Position numbers and translations under genes: made by a program. A stretch of DNA of 62,863 nt. Origin: Alphaproteobacteria bacterium (GTDB lineage: Bacteria; Pseudomonadota; Alphaproteobacteria; Rickettsiales; JABCZZ01). The notes under the pieces were generated by a model. The model had not been told where the DNA came from and did no database searches. It saw only the letters and a list, made by a program, of their open reading frames with translations. The DNA lies in the NCBI GenBank assembly GCA_013288985.1, contig JABDAT010000004.1, positions 1-62,863 on the forward strand. The letters run 5' to 3'. Below, one piece after another: positions 9,419 through 18,263 of the stretch (position 1 is the stretch's first letter; the number at the start of each line of letters is the position of its first letter).

Positions 9419-10282
9419 TTAAATCCATACTCTCTGGGGTTTTGTCACTTCAAGTCGAGTTGGACCCCATGACCCTTGATGAAAATCAAAAGTAATTTCT
9501 CCATCACTTCGTGTGGTAAGTACATGGCGAATTTTCTCATTTCTGAATGGCCCACCTTTTTTTGCAATACGTCTGTAAAAAGGAATAGTTTTTTGCGTAT
9601 CGTATTGATAGCCCTTATCAGAAATCACAACATAATAAACATTAGAGAGATATTGGATTGCCTCTTCACAGCAAGCAGGTTCGCGCCCATGGTGTGGTGC
9701 AACAAATACATTTGTTTCTGATAAAGCTTTCCTAAAAGCATCATTTTTTAACAACTCTTTGCATCCAGCGCGCTCTAAATCTCCCGTAAACATAACGCCT
9801 ATGCCATGACATTTTAAGAAAACGATCATGCTTAAATTATTTTCATCATCAAATGTTGGATAATCATTATTAAATAACTGATACTTCATGCCAGTAAATT
9901 GGGGCCATGCAGGTTGCCCCAAGAGAGTGCCGCCTCCAGAAAAAGTTGTATCTATGGTTTTAACTAACCGTTCAATGCCCGCCCCCATTCCATCTTCACT
10001 TTTAAGTCTTTTGATTGTCGATGATGTCACCGAAGTATTACGAAACAGCCACTGCACATTAATTATATCAAAAAGATCATTTGCTCCGCTTACATGGTCT
10101 TCATCATAATTTGTGATTGCTAACATTTCGATTGAGGATACATTTTGCTGCTTTAAATACGTACCTGGTTTCCATCCCGTTGTTGCGTTGTGCCCACAAT
10201 CTATCATCATGCGAGCACCATTATCATCCGTTAACAACGCACATGCGCCATGTTCAACATCAAAGATCTGTAATTTTACCAT
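9419..10282 (-). CDS. ComEC/Rec2-type MBL-fold hydrolase with a variant metal motif
   Basis: FDVEHGACAL, TNYDEDH (H to N), FTGD, PHHG; lacks the final GHP motif. Confidence 0.8.
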   Translation of the reverse strand: MVKLQIFDVEHGACALLTDDNGARMMIDCGHNATTGWKPGTYLKQQNVSSIEMLAITNYDEDHVSGANDLFDIINVQWLFRNTSVTSSTIKRLKSEDGMGAGIERLVKTIDTTFSGGGTLLGQPAWPQFTGMKYQLFNNDYPTFDDENNLSMIVFLKCHGIGVMFTGDLERAGCKELLKNDAFRKALSETNVFVAPHHGREPACCEEAIQYLSNVYYVVISDKGYQYDTQKTIPFYRRIAKKGGPFRNEKIRHVLTTRSDGEITFDFHQGSWGPTRLEVTKPQRVWI

Positions 10283-10297
10283 TATAGCATCCTGTTA

Positions 10298-11140
10298 TTA
10301 ATTTTCTTTTGTAAGCGACCAACTTCCGCCGTCTTTCAGTTCAGCGCACATATGTCCCTGCTCATCAGTACGATAAACTTTATTACCTTTATTTGACCCT
10401 TTGGAGTGTTTCTCGTAATATTCGAGCGCTTTTTCATGTGGATGACCATGGGCATTGTCACCAACTGATAAAATGGTCATATCCGGATTTTTAGTGCGTA
10501 TATGATGGGTATAGTAATAGTCATCATTTGGGTCATCGAAATACGTGAGTGAGCCATGATGGCTTCCTAAAAGCAATGAGCAGGATAAATCACTGTCGTC
10601 ATAATGTTTATGAATATGTTTCCATGTCGCGGCGTCCGTATCACCCGTTAGAAGAATACTTCCATGATTAATATCATTTACCCTATCACGATGCACCACT
10701 TTTACCACGATGCTTTGAGCATTAGCATTATCGGCTAAATCATCATTTTTTGAATTTAGTATGCGTAATCGTGTATTTCCATAATCGTAACGCGTCTTCC
10801 ATTTCACCTCTGTAAAACCAATCTTGCGACGAAGTTCCATATATTGTCTGTATTCAGTGCTGTCTGGTGTTGTACCTATAACGCCAGAATCCCAGATATG
10901 TTTAATGGGGAACCATTCATGGACTTTTTTAATACCACGCATGTGGTCAGCATCACGATGAGAGCAGATAAACACATCAATATTTGTAAGCCAACCAATG
11001 TGCTCTGCTATATAACCAAGCACCATATCTTCATTGTCATTGGTAACATTGCAATCATATAAGAAGATTTTGCCGTTATCGAGCTGCAACAATGTCATAT
11101 TGCCTTGACCAACATTAATAAAATGCGCTTTTGTTGGCAT
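10298..11140 (-). CDS. ComEC/Rec2-type MBL-fold metallo-hydrolase
   Basis: FINVGQGN, SHRDADH, LLTGD, SHHGS, HGHPH. Confidence 0.87.
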   Translation of the reverse strand: MPTKAHFINVGQGNMTLLQLDNGKIFLYDCNVTNDNEDMVLGYIAEHIGWLTNIDVFICSHRDADHMRGIKKVHEWFPIKHIWDSGVIGTTPDSTEYRQYMELRRKIGFTEVKWKTRYDYGNTRLRILNSKNDDLADNANAQSIVVKVVHRDRVNDINHGSILLTGDTDAATWKHIHKHYDDSDLSCSLLLGSHHGSLTYFDDPNDDYYYTHHIRTKNPDMTILSVGDNAHGHPHEKALEYYEKHSKGSNKGNKVYRTDEQGHMCAELKDGGSWSLTKEN

Positions 11141-11350
11141 TACACACGCCCTTATAAAAATTTATAAAGGTTCGATATAGAATTGATATTTAATATTTCA
11201 AGGGTAGTTGAACTCAAATTTTAAATTCGCCCTTTAGTTTAGTTAAGCAAATTTTGCATAAATACCGATATAAGTTGCTCCCAATAAAAAACTGCTTTGC
11301 CACTGCGCAAAAGTAACATATCTTTCTCACAGAGCCAGTGATTCTGGTTC

Positions 11351-11527
11351 CGGGTCTTTGAAAACCCTCGATGAACGGTAAGGCATCAAACCGTGATTGG
11401 TGCCGTCTCTCGACCTTTGGGTCGGGCCGACGGCGCACATATAACAGGCCTATGGCTGAAAACGCCGTGGCTGTTTCATCGCAGCTTTCAAACGACCCGA
11501 TCACCACCGAGATTATCTCGGTGGTTT
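11351..11527 (+). ncRNA. C4/CI-like antisense RNA with upstream target and downstream hairpin
   Basis: GGGTCTTTGAAAACCCTCGATGAAC (11352-76) is near-complementary to GTTTCATCGCAGCTTTCAAACGACCC (11473-98); ACCACCGAGAT-T-ATCTCGGTGGT hairpin follows. Confidence 0.55.
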
Positions 11528-11550
11528 CTCTTAACGTTCGGGAGGTTGTT

Positions 11551-11769
11551 ATGAAAATAAACCAAATTCTTATTATAGCGATAATTGCTGCGGGTCTTTC
11601 TGGCTGTGCCAATTCAGGACAACAGCCGACATTAGTAATGCTCCAAAATCCACAAACCAAAGAGATAGTTAAATGTGATGACGACATTTATGCGAAAACA
11701 AAAACATGTGCAGAAGCTTACGAAAAAGGAGGATGGGTACGATTAGGAGCCTATGTACCTAAATTTTGA
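11551..11769 (+). CDS. Small lipoprotein (72 aa)
   Basis: GGAGG RBS before ATG 11551; LSGC lipobox. Confidence 0.7.
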   Translation: MKINQILIIAIIAAGLSGCANSGQQPTLVMLQNPQTKEIVKCDDDIYAKTKTCAEAYEKGGWVRLGAYVPKF

Positions 11770-11779
11770 GTGAATATTT

Positions 11780-12262
11780 ATGAAACGGAACTTGATTCTA
11801 ACCATACTTATTATTGGCCTCTCTGCCTGTCAGCCAATACAGCAAAAATCTTGGTATAAAGAAGGGGCAACACAACAGGATTTTGCAATGGATATGGGGC
11901 AATGTAGGGCCCAAGCATTTAGTATAAGTGGGGGAAGCTTATTGCAAATAGCAATAGTTCAGAATGCTTGTATGCAGGGTAAGGGTTGGAGCCTACAACA
12001 GCAAATGAATGCGGTGTCTGCTGATTCTGCCCCTGCAGTTGTTACAAATTCCAGTGAGGGCTGTATTTTGGATGAAGGTAAGGTCGTATACCCTTTAGAT
12101 AAAGTTCTATATTGCAGCAAAGAACATTTAAATCTGGCGGCAATAGCGTCTGGAGTATCACCACCGAATCGAACTGGGCACGGCTGTGTTTTAGAAAAAG
12201 GCGATGTAATATTACCGCTGAGCCTTTTGCTTTATTGTGATCCTGGGCATATACGCCGTTAA
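11780..12262 (+). CDS. Cys-rich lipoprotein with an internal duplicated motif
   Basis: LSAC lipobox; GCILDEGKVVYPLDKVLYC / GCVLEKGDVILPLSLLLYC repeats. Confidence 0.7.
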   Translation: MKRNLILTILIIGLSACQPIQQKSWYKEGATQQDFAMDMGQCRAQAFSISGGSLLQIAIVQNACMQGKGWSLQQQMNAVSADSAPAVVTNSSEGCILDEGKVVYPLDKVLYCSKEHLNLAAIASGVSPPNRTGHGCVLEKGDVILPLSLLLYCDPGHIRR

Positions 12263-12351
12263 TTTAAGTGTTACGGTAAGTAACTGTAAAATGTTCTCTA
12301 CCAGAGCCATTTCTATTAGAATTCATGATTTTTAATCAATGGAAAATCAAA

Positions 12352-12735
12352 AAATGGTTGCGGGTGCTTACGGAGAAATACTGCAGGATGTCCCGCGATA
12401 ATCTGATTTCTTCAAAATAATCAAATTTACTGCTCCAGATAAAGTTCCCAGTCTATATGGGAATGAATACAGCTTCTTAATTGAACTTTTCAATTTTATT
12501 CAAAAAACAGCAAAATGGTTACGGGCGCATACGAGAGAATGTTGCCGGATGTCTGATGTTATCTTGCGTTCTTAAATCAGTTTTATCGTACCAGTAATCG
12601 GAGCTCACTTGTATATAGGGTAAGCTCTATACAAGATTTCTTATTACATAACAGATTGTTACTCTAAGGTAGTCGCGAGCGGGGGTAGTACAGGGGGAGC
12701 GCCAGTATAAAAACGGACTGGGCGGACTGGGTTTA
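12352..12735. repeat. Putative replication origin region: diverged direct repeats, a hairpin and short tandem repeats
   Basis: AAATGGTT(G/A)CGGG..GGATGTC at about 12352 and 12513; CTTGTATA..TATACAAG inverted repeat 12608-12635; CGGACTGGG x2 at about 12714-12731. Confidence 0.5.
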
Positions 12736-12819
12736 TTCCGATAACATTCTTTCTTATAAAAAAAGAACCACACTAAAGTACCATACTCAAAGAACATCAC
12801 TCAGGTCGCTCGGTCCGTT

Positions 12820-15204
12820 TTATCTGAACGGGACACCGTCTTGTGATGCGTGCAATAGACTAATGCCTTTATAACAAGGGGTTCGTTTATCTGCCCCACG
12901 AGGTCTTGTCGGATGTACTTTAGGGAATGCTTCGCGCAGCTTCTTGGTAAATAGTTCTTTTGTTCCTGTCGATGTATTGCCATTTTTTACACACCAATAT
13001 TTATATGCCTCAAACAGGGAGTCTTTGGTAACGAATTCTCTTGGCCCCAGAACACAGCACTCAGATACGAAGCTGCGAATCGGTGCACTAAGGGTCATTA
13101 TCGTTTGTCGTGCTTCTGACGATGAGGAGGGTTCTATGAAGTGACCTCTTTCCCGTAACCGCCGCCATCCGACAATAGCCCAGTGAAGAATACCTGTCAT
13201 TTCGGGAATAAGTTTTTCAAGTAAGCCGGAATCTTCACGACCGAGGAAGCTTTGATGCATCTGGAGAATTATAAAGCGATTCCCTAGGGCACCACTACTA
13301 TCGGAAAAACAGGGTAGCTCGTTTGTTATAATAAAAAACCGTGCGGCAATCCGACCTTCCCACGTCGCCTTATATTTACGCTGAACTGATACGCTGTCTT
13401 CTCCACTTATGCGCAGCAAGGTTTCTGCTATGGATGCAGTATCGGATTTTCGTCCAAGACGCATGTCCGAAATAACTGCAAGCTGGCGTCCAATTAAGGG
13501 CTGTAACCCGAAATTTTCACCTAATCCATTAAGCGTAGGAGAACAAACATTCCGTTCACCCACAAGACGTTGGAGAATACGAGCTATTGTTCCCTTCCCT
13601 GACCTTGTGGGGCCGATAAGCAGAAAGATTTTCTGCTGAGAAGTATCAGGTATCAGAAGGTAGCCAAATATTTCCTGCAAAGCTGAAATTGCCTTAATGT
13701 CCCTCGGCCATACTTCTTTGAGAAAGGCTAACCATTTCACAGGCTCCGAAGCATTCTGGTCATAATCAAAATCGAGCGCGTTCCGGGTAAAGAATGTAGG
13801 GGAAGAAGGTAACAATTTGTCTGTTGGAAGGTGCAGTAAGCCATTACGGACAGCAATAATTTCGTGTGCAGGAAGTTGTTCATCACGACCAATCCATGCA
13901 GGAGGAGATACATTTTCTCGGTCTAAATGGGCGATCGCTTGTAAGGCTTCCAGCGTATTGGCGACCTTATTTTTATTAGGCTGGAATGGAACAGGGGGCT
14001 TATCCAACTGATATTGCACGCTGCGGTCAAGAAAATGCCACATCCATGCACGAACAGTTCCATCCTCAATTTCCCGGTAGCAGCCCCCATCATATTCTAG
14101 AAAATCGCCATTATACCGTTTAAGGCTAACATGTTCGCGCGCAATAAACTCACGGGCGCATAACATAGGGTCATTGTGATTGAGTATTGGGCCGGGCCGG
14201 GGTTGACGTTCTAATGCACGATTTATCTGACGTTCAGCATACTTTTGGGGAGTGTGCTCCCCCTTTTCGTAGATGTGGGCACTAATGCCAAGCTCGCGGT
14301 TTAGCAGGATACCCAGAATTTTTTCATCAGGCACATCTGCCTTAATCAGCGTACAACACACCCAAAACACTGCATCGCTTCTATCGCCATCAAAATCGTA
14401 TTCTGGCGTTAGGCCATGAAGACATACTGCGGTAACCTTGTTTCTTTTTTCCTCGTCCAGTCTTGAAAGGTCAAGCGTTTCAGGTCGTACAGTGATGGAG
14501 GGCACATTCTGGATATTGTTTTGAGCTTTGTGCTTATCCGTAGTGACTCGTATTGGTACAGACGCAGTAAATTGATTCAGGGAATAAGAGTGTTCTGTCA
14601 TCTCTACCACATCTGCCAGCGCAGGCACGCGCCCCTTGCTGGCCTTCTTTTTGTTGGGAATATTGATAGTGCCCGGCAAACGCATAATGCGGTCAATGTT
14701 CTGACAGTTATCGCCGCCAAGCGTGTTCGCAAGATGGATATTATAGCGCTCTACTTCTGCTGCCTTAGTCAAATCGCCATCAATCAGCACGGGTTCTTTA
14801 AGTTTCCAGAACGCCTGATATCCGCCGCCACTGAAATTGATAATCGTGGGCACTGGAATTCCGTCCGGAGGATTACGCAGTAAATCCAATATTCTGACTT
14901 GCTCATCTTTAATATCTTCACCAGCGCGGGGGTCTATATCCACATGCAGCTCGCGCACTTCTTTGATGTCAGTTTTTTCAGCCTTTTTATCGCGGAGTGT
15001 GATGGTAGGGTTTACGTGGAAATATAAATTCTCCTTACCGTTGCGAGTGGCAATCCAGTCGTATAAGGCAGTGGTATTATTTAAGTCTGAAAATGCTTTG
15101 GCCGTCAGCGTGCCAGTCTCAGGGTGTATTGCAACTAAGATGCAGTTGGTATCATACCACTTTAAAAAATCGACTGCTTGCTCGTTATTAGGCTGTATTG
15201 TCAT
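12820..15204 (-). CDS. Phage/plasmid primase-helicase (RepB-type primase + D5/SF3 helicase, P4 family)
   Basis: FSGGGYQAFWKL and DRIMRLPGT primase motifs; AVRNGLL D5_N; GPTRSGKGT Walker A; ITNELP. Confidence 0.9.
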   Translation of the reverse strand: MTIQPNNEQAVDFLKWYDTNCILVAIHPETGTLTAKAFSDLNNTTALYDWIATRNGKENLYFHVNPTITLRDKKAEKTDIKEVRELHVDIDPRAGEDIKDEQVRILDLLRNPPDGIPVPTIINFSGGGYQAFWKLKEPVLIDGDLTKAAEVERYNIHLANTLGGDNCQNIDRIMRLPGTINIPNKKKASKGRVPALADVVEMTEHSYSLNQFTASVPIRVTTDKHKAQNNIQNVPSITVRPETLDLSRLDEEKRNKVTAVCLHGLTPEYDFDGDRSDAVFWVCCTLIKADVPDEKILGILLNRELGISAHIYEKGEHTPQKYAERQINRALERQPRPGPILNHNDPMLCAREFIAREHVSLKRYNGDFLEYDGGCYREIEDGTVRAWMWHFLDRSVQYQLDKPPVPFQPNKNKVANTLEALQAIAHLDRENVSPPAWIGRDEQLPAHEIIAVRNGLLHLPTDKLLPSSPTFFTRNALDFDYDQNASEPVKWLAFLKEVWPRDIKAISALQEIFGYLLIPDTSQQKIFLLIGPTRSGKGTIARILQRLVGERNVCSPTLNGLGENFGLQPLIGRQLAVISDMRLGRKSDTASIAETLLRISGEDSVSVQRKYKATWEGRIAARFFIITNELPCFSDSSGALGNRFIILQMHQSFLGREDSGLLEKLIPEMTGILHWAIVGWRRLRERGHFIEPSSSSEARQTIMTLSAPIRSFVSECCVLGPREFVTKDSLFEAYKYWCVKNGNTSTGTKELFTKKLREAFPKVHPTRPRGADKRTPCYKGISLLHASQDGVPFR

Positions 15205-15283
15205 ATCCGATTCTTCTTAAAAAATGTGTGTGTTGTCTCTCATACGGGCACCATCGGTTCCGTATTCAAGTAGGCTACTTGTC

Positions 15284-15562
15284 TTATGCTGATTGTGTGT
15301 GCCTTGCCTTTGCTGCACGCTGCGCTAATGCCTTACGTGCGATAGCCTCAACGCTGGCAGAATTCATGTCGCGGTTCTGCATACGGGATGCAATCCACTC
15401 ATCAATTTCTTTTTCCACAAATGCTATACGTTGTGCCCCAACTTGCACAGAGCGCGGGAATTTACCCTGCTCCATAAGCCGGTATATATGGACTTTGCTA
15501 TAGGGAATTCGGTCGATCACTTCATCGAGGGTTATCAGACGGACGTTAGCGGTGTTGGACAT
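15284..15562 (-). CDS. alpA: AlpA family regulator/excisionase
   Basis: LITLDEVIDRIPYSKVHIYRLMEQGKFPRSVQVG...EIDEWI. Confidence 0.9.
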   Translation of the reverse strand: MSNTANVRLITLDEVIDRIPYSKVHIYRLMEQGKFPRSVQVGAQRIAFVEKEIDEWIASRMQNRDMNSASVEAIARKALAQRAAKARHTQSA

Positions 15563-15621
15563 ATCTTTTACCTCAAGTAATGTTTAACTCAAGGTACTGT
15601 ACCGTTGCTTGTAAGTGTCCG

Positions 15622-16118
15622 CCCGGAGTTTAATCGGCATAAATTCATGCCGATAGATTTGCTTTTTCATATATCTGCTTTTCGAGCTTAAATAAAAAAT
15701 GCCAAATTTTATCAATTGCACGCGCAGTGCTTTTATCAATGCCCCTAGTGGTACAGGCGTATCCTACTATATCACGAGCGTAAGTTAGGAATGACAAAGG
15801 ATTCTTACACATATCGGGTTCCAAATCCTCTAGTACCAGTTCAAGACCTATTCTAGTCATCGCAAATCGATGCAGGTCATACAAATTATCGCCAGCACAA
15901 TCATCTGAATCATACACATCATGCAGCTCTTGGAGCAATTCTATGACGTCTTTATGCTTCCAGTTTTTCCAGCCGTATTTCTTCCAGTATTGAACGGGGT
16001 TATTTCTAATCTCAATTACTTTCATAATTTTCTCCACTAAGTGTTTATGCCAATTTGGCATTCTCATCTTAAGAAGAGAATTGAAGTTATTTCCCGGAGT
16101 TTAATCGATATAATTTCA
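15622..16118. repeat. 26-bp direct repeat pair (15622-15647 and 16093-16118)
   Basis: CCCGGAGTTTAATCGGCATAAATTCA vs CCCGGAGTTTAATCGATATAATTTCA, 23/26 identical; each includes an ORF stop codon. Confidence 0.75.
15645..16067 (-). CDS. Hypothetical protein
   Basis: 140-aa ORF in the int-alpA interval. Confidence 0.6.
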   Translation of the reverse strand: MRMPNWHKHLVEKIMKVIEIRNNPVQYWKKYGWKNWKHKDVIELLQELHDVYDSDDCAGDNLYDLHRFAMTRIGLELVLEDLEPDMCKNPLSFLTYARDIVGYACTTRGIDKSTARAIDKIWHFLFKLEKQIYEKANLSA

Positions 16119-16802
16119 AACCCAATAGCTAGGTGCGTTGAGTAATTTTTTAAAATCATTGTGTTCTAGTACCGTACGAACTTGCTCAGGTTTCATCTCT
16201 TTATTGGCAGTAAGCACATCACAGCAAAATTTGGTAAACGAATTTCCGGCTTCGTAGGTGCCTTCTTTAAAGTATGGGTTCGGTTTTTTACCCTTAATAT
16301 TATTATCGCGCCAGAAATGTGCAACGGATTGGACAGCCATTTCCATCCAAAGGGGTAGAGGTCTATTCCCTGCTGTGCCTTTAACCTGTACTATCTTGTC
16401 CGTAATATCCCGCAACTCTGTCAGCCCGGAAATAAGATCAGGTAAACGGTCATTATAATCAGCATATGATAATACCTCTACCAGATGCCAAGTATTACGC
16501 TTTCCAGACTTGTCATCCTCCACAATATCAATAATTTCACTAAGAAGTTTTGCTACTTGCTTTAGTTTCTTCCGAGTTTGCTTCCATTCAGGTAAATCCT
16601 TTGGAACTATTAATTTTCCAGATTCAGAAGCTATACCAGAGCCATATTTTGGTGCCACTTCAACTTTGAATAAGACCTGACACAATGCGGCACAGCATTC
16701 CGCGTCTTGTTGCAACTCTGGATATTTTTGCAGGAGCTGCTTCGCAGATTCTTCGCGCACGCGTGTCCAGCGTTTCATAAATTCTTCTAATTGTTTATTC
16801 AC
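16116..16802 (-). CDS. Hypothetical protein coupled to the integrase
   Basis: 228-aa ORF overlapping the integrase stop. Confidence 0.7.
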   Translation of the reverse strand: MNKQLEEFMKRWTRVREESAKQLLQKYPELQQDAECCAALCQVLFKVEVAPKYGSGIASESGKLIVPKDLPEWKQTRKKLKQVAKLLSEIIDIVEDDKSGKRNTWHLVEVLSYADYNDRLPDLISGLTELRDITDKIVQVKGTAGNRPLPLWMEMAVQSVAHFWRDNNIKGKKPNPYFKEGTYEAGNSFTKFCCDVLTANKEMKPEQVRTVLEHNDFKKLLNAPSYWV

Positions 16803-18063
16803 TCACCACCCCCATCACATGTTGTGCCCAGCGCTCCAGCGCGGTGCGTTTTTCGTCCAGATAATCGTGTTTGTTATATGTTTTTTGCAATCCGGGTTTA
16901 GCGTGGCCTAACACTGCATCACGGGCTTCGCGGCCAACACCCAATGCGGCCATCCCACTTTCGCACGTCACGCGGAAGTCATGTACCCGATAGGCAGCCA
17001 GTGTTTTTACTTCTACACCTTCTGGGGTGCTTTCCTGTACAATCTTCTGTGCCAATGTATCCAATCGTGCCTTGGCCTTACTGAAGCCACTTATCGGGCA
17101 TTCTCCAGCAGTGGTGGTAAACAGAAAATCGCCTCTGTTCCAGCGTGGCAATTTTTCCAGAATGTCCCAGACCTGCGGTGCCAGCGGCACTACATGGTCA
17201 CGTTTTCCTTTGTAACGTTCGCGTGGAATATCAAGGCATTTCTGCCGCTCACTGATTTCTGGCCTGCTTGCGTCGGCAATTTCGCGCAGACGCTGACCTG
17301 TTAGCATAAGAACCTTATACATCGATCCAAAGGGGTATTCCATTTGTTCTGCAGCCTTCCAGATAGCACGCAATTCCCAATCTGCTAATGCCCGTCCGGC
17401 CTCCTGCACCGGACGCAGGTCGCGCCGCGCCATTCCGGCCAGTGGATTTGCAGATATTATTTCACGGTCTGCAGCAAAGTTAAATATCCGGGACAGGTGT
17501 TTGCGTATCTCGCGGGCAATACCTACACGCTTATCCTTTATTAAATTATCCAGCAGCTCATGCACATCGCTACGGCGGATTCCACTGATGGGACGATTTC
17601 TCCATTCAGGGAATACATGTAATTCCATCATCCGTTGTGTAGCGTGCCAGTTTCTTGTGCTGGGCTTAGCGTGTAATTCAATAAAGCGCTTTACTACGCT
17701 TTCCATGCTATTGGTGACGCGTTGCAATAATTCCTGCTGTCGCAGTACAATTGGGTCACGGCCTTCTGACGCAAGCCGTAATGCATCGCGTGCTTTCTCC
17801 CGAGCTTTTACCAAATCTACTATAGGCCACACGCCTAATGTCAGACGCTGCTGCTTGCCTTTTAGAATATGACCTTTGCTACTTAATCCACCTGCTCCGT
17901 CAACACGGTATATAAGCGACCAGCTTTTTACGCCTTTTTCAGTAACCCGGATACAAAGACCAGGTACTGTTGTATCTCCGAGTTCTAACCTTCCTGTAGG
18001 GGGAGGGCGGAGGCGTTCTATGGCAAGCGAGGTAAAAGTCTTATTCATCGTTTTCTCAGGCAA
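16795..18063 (-). CDS. int: Tyrosine integrase, P4-like, with an N-terminal arm-binding domain
   Basis: GLCIRVT..GVKSW arm domain; LTGQRLREI, HDFRVT, LGH, TYNKHDY catalytic motifs. Confidence 0.93.
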   Translation of the reverse strand: MPEKTMNKTFTSLAIERLRPPPTGRLELGDTTVPGLCIRVTEKGVKSWSLIYRVDGAGGLSSKGHILKGKQQRLTLGVWPIVDLVKAREKARDALRLASEGRDPIVLRQQELLQRVTNSMESVVKRFIELHAKPSTRNWHATQRMMELHVFPEWRNRPISGIRRSDVHELLDNLIKDKRVGIAREIRKHLSRIFNFAADREIISANPLAGMARRDLRPVQEAGRALADWELRAIWKAAEQMEYPFGSMYKVLMLTGQRLREIADASRPEISERQKCLDIPRERYKGKRDHVVPLAPQVWDILEKLPRWNRGDFLFTTTAGECPISGFSKAKARLDTLAQKIVQESTPEGVEVKTLAAYRVHDFRVTCESGMAALGVGREARDAVLGHAKPGLQKTYNKHDYLDEKRTALERWAQHVMGVVSE

Positions 18064-18263
18064 AGCATATTAAGGTAACTAACTACAGAACGTTGCTGTC
18101 AGTTACTCGAATATACCTAATAACATTCAGAAAAACAATGATAATATGTCACACTCGGTGTAACCTGAGGTTGCTTTGTGTTGCAGGAAATTAAAAACCA
18201 ATGCCACAAGCTTATTAACAATTTCTTCAGTAAAAATAGGCATAATGGTCAAAAGAGCAATTT

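Noticed and set aside
9419-11140. Competence ComEC or antibiotic-resistance beta-lactamases
   Set aside because: No membrane competence domain or signal peptide, and the motifs are ComEC-type HxDxDH/HHGS rather than class B beta-lactamase.
11371-11550. N-terminal extension of the 132-aa ORF
   Set aside because: The RBS and lipoprotein signal start at 11551, and the upstream part is better explained as structured RNA.
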